Of a stretch of 64,000 nucleotides of DNA, positions 60,044 through 64,000 are shown one piece after another. The notes beneath the pieces were generated by a model. It was given only the letters and a program-made list of their open reading frames with translations. It was not told the origin of the DNA and did no database searches. This DNA comes from Novosphingobium sp. (GTDB taxonomy: Bacteria > Pseudomonadota > Alphaproteobacteria > Sphingomonadales > Sphingomonadaceae). Both the position numbers and the translations under genes were made by a program. How positions within the stretch are numbered: position 1 is the first letter of the stretch; every line of letters begins with the position of its first letter. Location: assembly GCF_031417815.1 (NCBI RefSeq), contig NZ_JANOWI010000035.1, forward strand, positions 10,447-74,446, read 5' to 3'.

Positions 60044-60703
60044 TTGCCACGCACTTCCCGCATCGTCGTTCCGGGCGTTCCGCACCACATCACACAGCGA
60101 GGCAATCGCCGGATGCTGATCTTTTTTTCGGACCATGACCGGGTTTATTATCTCGACGTGCTCACCAAAGCCTGCGCCGCACAGAGCGTTATATGCCTCG
60201 CCTGGTGCCTGATGGACAACCACATCCATCTGATCCTGAAGCCGCCAACCGCCGATTCTCTGCGGGCTGCACTGGCCAGCGCTCACACCAAATATGCGCA
60301 ACATGTCAACTTGCGGCAGGGATTGAGCGGGCATCTGTTTCAGGGGCGCTATGCGAGTTACGCGATGGATGACGCGCATTTGATGATGGCGGTGCGTTAT
60401 GTTGAAAACAACCCGGTAAAGGCAGGCTCGGTTGCTAAAGCTGAAGACTGGCGCTGGTCGAGCGCGCGGGCGCATATCTTTGGTGAGGATGATGGTCTGA
60501 CAAACGTAGCGTCGATTGGAGATCATGTCTCTAACTGGCGCGCCTATCTGGCCGATGGCGTCGAAGCCGCAGACCGCGACGAGGCGGTTGAGGCGGCAAT
60601 GCGATCCGGGCGGCCGCTCGGTTCAAAAGAATGGACGGCGCAGCTTGTCCCACCGTCCAGGCCGAGAGGGCGTCCAATTAAAATAGGGACAGTCCCTATT
60701 TAA
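60044..60703 (+). mobile_element. HUH/Y1 tyrosine transposase, RAYT (REP-associated)/IS200-like
   Basis: PHHITQRGNRR, CLMDNHIHL (HUH), AVRYVENNPVKAG (catalytic Tyr + NP), WRWSSA; flanked by palindromes. Confidence 0.88.
60680..60703. repeat. REP-like palindrome copy 3, encoding the transposase C-terminus and stop
   Basis: AAAATAGGGAC-A-GTCCCTATTTAA = KIGTVPI*. Confidence 0.88.
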
Positions 60704-60814
60704 CAGGCATCTCGCCAAGATCACCAAATTTAACGCTCGTCATGCTGGCAATGCGGCGGGGCGGGGATTAAGGCTGCGGCGACGATTCTCACCACTCGCC
60801 GGATCTGCCAACCC

Positions 60815-61252
60815 ATGCGCATCGCCATTGCTTCCGATCACGCCGCTTTCGACTTGAAGGCCGAACTGCGCGATTATCTGATCGGCCTGGGCCATGAGGT
60901 GGCCGATTTGGGCCCAGAGACCGCCGACCGCGTCGATTACCCCGATTTTGGCTACAAACTGGCCGCGGTGATTGCCGATGGCACCGCTCAATTCGGCGTG
61001 GCGCTATGCGGCAGCGGGATCGGGATTTCGATTGCAGTCAACCGCAATCCGGCTTGCCGCTGTGCGCGGGTTGACGATCCCTATTCCGCCGCCCTCGCCC
61101 GCGAGCACAACGATGCCAACTGCATTGCGATGGGCGCGCGGCTGACCGGGGTCGATATGGCCAAGGCCTGCCTAGACGCCTTCCTTTCCACACCCTTCGG
61201 CGGCGGCCGCCACGGCCCCCGGGTCGACAAGCTCTCAAACCCTTCCTGCTGA
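60815..61252 (+). CDS. rpiB: Ribose-5-phosphate isomerase B
   Basis: [34 protein letters not shown]. Confidence 0.95.
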   Translation: MRIAIASDHAAFDLKAELRDYLIGLGHEVADLGPETADRVDYPDFGYKLAAVIADGTAQFGVALCGSGIGISIAVNRNPACRCARVDDPYSAALAREHNDANCIAMGARLTGVDMAKACLDAFLSTPFGGGRHGPRVDKLSNPSC

Positions 61253-61265
61253 GGAGCCCACTCCT

Positions 61266-62576
61266 GTGACTACCACTCTTGACGCTGCTCCGGTCCGTTC
61301 TGCCGGGTTCTTCACTACCCACCTGGCCGAAGCCGATCCCGATGTGTACGCCGCGATTCAGAACGAGCTTAACCGCCAGCGCCACAATATCGAGCTGATC
61401 GCAAGCGAGAACATCACCAGCCTTGCCGTGCTCGAAGCAACCGGCTCGGTCTTCACCAACAAGTACGCCGAGGGCTACCCGGGCAAGCGCTATTACGGCG
61501 GCTGCGAATATGCCGACGTCGTCGAAAACCTGGCGATCGAGCGGGCCAAGGCGCTGTTCGGCTGCCAGTTTGCCAACGTCCAGCCCAATTCGGGCAGCCA
61601 GATGAACCAGGCGGTGTTCCTAGCGCTGCTCAATCCGGGCGATACCTTCATGGGGCTCGACCTCAATTCGGGCGGGCACCTCACCCACGGCAGCCCGGTG
61701 AACATGAGCGGCAAGTGGTTCAACCCGGTGCCTTATGGGGTGCGGCAGGACGACGAACAGATCGATATGGACGCGGTCGCCGCCCTGGCCCGTGAACACA
61801 AGCCCAAGCTGATCATCTGTGGCGGCACCGCCTATTCGCGGATCTGGGATTTCCAGCGCTTCCGTGAAATCGCCGACGAAGTAGGCGCTTACCTGCTCGG
61901 CGATATTTCGCATTTCTCGGGGCTGGTCGCGGGCGGCGCGCACCCCTCACCCTTCCCGCATTGCCACGTGGTGACCTCCACCACCCACAAGAGCCTGCGC
62001 GGGCCTCGTTCGGGCGTGATCCTGACCAACGACGAGGATCTGGCCAAGAAGCTCAACTCGGCTGTGTTCCCTGGCCTTCAGGGCGGCCCGCTGGTCCATG
62101 TGATCGCGGCCAAGGCGGTGGCGTTCGGCGACGCGTTGAAGCCGGAATTCAAGGCCTATGCCGCGCAGATCGTCAGGAACGCCCGTGCGCTCGCCGCGTC
62201 GCTGACGGACAATGGCCTGCGGATCGTTTCGGGCGGCACCGACAACCACCTGATGCTGGTTGACCTGTCAGCCAAGAACGTCACCGGCAAGGCTGCCGAA
62301 AAGGGTCTCGACCGGGCCTGGCTGACCTGCAACAAAAACGGCGTGCCGTTCGACACCCGCTCGCCCTTCGTTACATCGGGGATTCGCCTCGGTACTCCGG
62401 CCGGCACCACCCGCGGGTTTGGCGAGGCCGAGTTCACCCAGGTTGGCCAGCTAATCGCCGAAGTCGTTGACGGCATGGCCCGCAACGGCGATGAAGGCGA
62501 CGGTCAGGTCGAGCAGAAGGTGCGCGACCGCGTGGCAGCGCTGTGCGAGCGCTTCCCGATCTATCCGGAGTTGTAA
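61266..62576 (+). CDS. glyA: Serine hydroxymethyltransferase
   Basis: [50 protein letters not shown]. Confidence 0.98.
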   Translation: MTTTLDAAPVRSAGFFTTHLAEADPDVYAAIQNELNRQRHNIELIASENITSLAVLEATGSVFTNKYAEGYPGKRYYGGCEYADVVENLAIERAKALFGCQFANVQPNSGSQMNQAVFLALLNPGDTFMGLDLNSGGHLTHGSPVNMSGKWFNPVPYGVRQDDEQIDMDAVAALAREHKPKLIICGGTAYSRIWDFQRFREIADEVGAYLLGDISHFSGLVAGGAHPSPFPHCHVVTSTTHKSLRGPRSGVILTNDEDLAKKLNSAVFPGLQGGPLVHVIAAKAVAFGDALKPEFKAYAAQIVRNARALAASLTDNGLRIVSGGTDNHLMLVDLSAKNVTGKAAEKGLDRAWLTCNKNGVPFDTRSPFVTSGIRLGTPAGTTRGFGEAEFTQVGQLIAEVVDGMARNGDEGDGQVEQKVRDRVAALCERFPIYPEL

Positions 62577-62577
62577 G

Positions 62578-62778
62578 ATGAGCGAAGATATCGTCCAGGA
62601 CGCCAAGGCCGAACTCAGCGGCATGGCCAAGCAAGGGGTGCGTCACCCCTCGACCAAGCCGGTGCTGGGCGGTCTCGCCGCCGGCGCCTTGGCCGGGGCT
62701 CTGCTCCCGGGCCTCAGCCTGCTGGCCGGCGCAGTGATCGGCGGCGGTGTCATGTTTTACAAGAGGTTGCGCCCGTAA
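62578..62778 (+). CDS. Small membrane protein with a Gly-zipper-like helix (66 aa)
   Basis: ATG one nt after the glyA stop; GGLAAGALAGALLPG..GAVIGGG; stop abuts the nrdR start. Confidence 0.65.
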   Translation: MSEDIVQDAKAELSGMAKQGVRHPSTKPVLGGLAAGALAGALLPGLSLLAGAVIGGGVMFYKRLRP

Positions 62779-63240
62779 GTGCGTTGTCCATTTTGTGCGC
62801 ATGATGACAGCCAGGTAAAGGATTCGCGCCCTACCGAAGACAACACCGCGATCCGCCGCCGCCGTCAGTGTGACAGCTGCGGCGCGCGCTTCACCACGTT
62901 TGAACGGGTGCAGCTGCGCGAGATTACCGTGGTGAAATCGGATGGCTCACGCGAAAGCTTTGATCGCACCAAGATTGAACAGTCGGTCGCGTTGGCCTGC
63001 CGTAAACGCGGGATTGCACAGGAACGGCTCGATCAGCTGGTCTCGGGCGTCCAGCGCCAGATCGAAACATTTGGCGAAAACGAAGTCGCCGCCAAGGCGA
63101 TCGGCCAGATGGTGATGGAAGGGCTGCGCGGGCTCGATTCCGTCGCCTACATCCGCTTTGCCAGCGTCTACCGCGAATTTACCGAAGCCAGGGACTTTGA
63201 GGAATTTGCCGGAAACGTGCGCGATATCGGGCAAGAGTAG
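62779..63240 (+). CDS. nrdR: Transcriptional repressor NrdR
   Basis: [31 protein letters not shown] cone, [11 protein letters not shown]. Confidence 0.97.
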   Translation: MRCPFCAHDDSQVKDSRPTEDNTAIRRRRQCDSCGARFTTFERVQLREITVVKSDGSRESFDRTKIEQSVALACRKRGIAQERLDQLVSGVQRQIETFGENEVAAKAIGQMVMEGLRGLDSVAYIRFASVYREFTEARDFEEFAGNVRDIGQE

Positions 63241-63247
63241 CCGGAAT

Positions 63248-64000
63248 ATGGCTTACGCCTTCGTAACCTACATGCTCCACTGCGGCGACGGGTCCTATTA
63301 CGTAGGGCATACTGAGGAACGCGAGCTTGAGCGCAAGCTCGTGCAGCACCAGGCCGGGACGCTCGACGAATATACCGCCACACGGTTGCCGGTGGTGCTG
63401 GTCTGGTCAACGCCGTTTGTGGACCGCGACGCGGCCTTCGCGGCAGAGCGGCGCCTGAAAGGCTGGACCCGCGCCAAGCGTGAAGCGCTGATCGCCGGTG
63501 ATCAAACCCTCGCGGCCCAGCTTGAAACCATGGCGCCAATCTCGCGGGTGGCCGCAGATCAGGCACCCGCCATCGAACTGGTCAATCCGCCGGTGATCGT
63601 GCTCGTCCGCCCGCAACTGGGCGAGAATATCGGCAAGGCGGCGCGCGCCATGCTCAATTTCGGGCTAAGCGAAATCCGGCTGGTCGCACCGCGCGATGGC
63701 TGGCCCAACCCCAGCGCCGGCCCGTCCGCCGCGGGAGCCAATGTGGTGCTGGAAAAGGCGCAGGTGTTTGACACTCTGGCAGAAGCGGTGGCGGATTGCG
63801 CGCATGTCTATGCCACCACGGTGCGCAAACGCGGGGTGACCAAGCCGGTCGTTACCCCGCAGCAGGCGGCGCTGGCGATCCATCGCGAGCCTGGCCGGTC
63901 GGCATTGGTCTTCGGTCCTGAACGCAGCGGTCTGGACAGCGACGATGTTGCTTTGGCCCGCGCGATCCTGACGGTGCCGATCAATCCTGAATTTGCCTCG
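63248..64000 (+). CDS. GIY-YIG nuclease domain fused in frame to a TrmJ/TrmH (SPOUT) RNA methyltransferase; partial, runs off the window
   Basis: Hand translation from ATG 63248 has no stop to 64000: MAYAFVTYMLHCGDGSYYVGHT..AERRLKGWTRAKREALIAGD..PVIVLVRPQLGENIGKAARAMLNFG..LVFGPERSGL..VPINPEFAS. Confidence 0.88.
   Translation, partial: MAYAFVTYMLHCGDGSYYVGHTEERELERKLVQHQAGTLDEYTATRLPVVLVWSTPFVDRDAAFAAERRLKGWTRAKREALIAGDQTLAAQLETMAPISRVAADQAPAIELVNPPVIVLVRPQLGENIGKAARAMLNFGLSEIRLVAPRDGWPNPSAGPSAAGANVVLEKAQVFDTLAEAVADCAHVYATTVRKRGVTKPVVTPQQAALAIHREPGRSALVFGPERSGLDSDDVALARAILTVPINPEFAS

Overview
GC-rich (roughly 63-65% by eye) alphaproteobacterial chromosome segment. Gene order and content point to Sphingomonadales (Novosphingobium/Erythrobacteraceae-like; inference). 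Most of the window is core housekeeping: proS, rnr, pdhC/lpdA, tRNA-Ser, mltB-rlpA-dacA-tmk-holB-metG-tatD, mazG, hflX-hfq-ntrXY-ntrCB-dusB, ispDF, lipA, gyrA, greA-carB-carA, dnaG-rpoD, rpiB-glyA-nrdR. The standout is a ~10 kb five-gene secreted-protein cluster (8792-18727) built from DUF11-type Ig-like domains. Several of these domains look split: three proteins end in a DUF11 domain lacking its last strands, and three begin, right after the signal peptide, with a segment resembling those missing strands. The Lys/Asp of a CnaA-type isopeptide triad sit in the truncated domains and the Asn sits in the N-terminal segments. I infer a sortase-independent pilus or fibre polymerised by donor-strand complementation and possibly cross-linked covalently, with a tip adhesin, two pilins, a chaperone-like subunit and a beta-barrel anchor. 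This is a sequence-based hypothesis and I could not check whether it has been described. Other points of interest: an in-frame GIY-YIG nuclease-TrmJ methyltransferase fusion at the right edge (absent from the ORF track), a RAYT-like HUH transposase with three palindromic REP-like hairpins, a low-GC gene wedged flush inside carAB, and a tandem two-domain Hfq.
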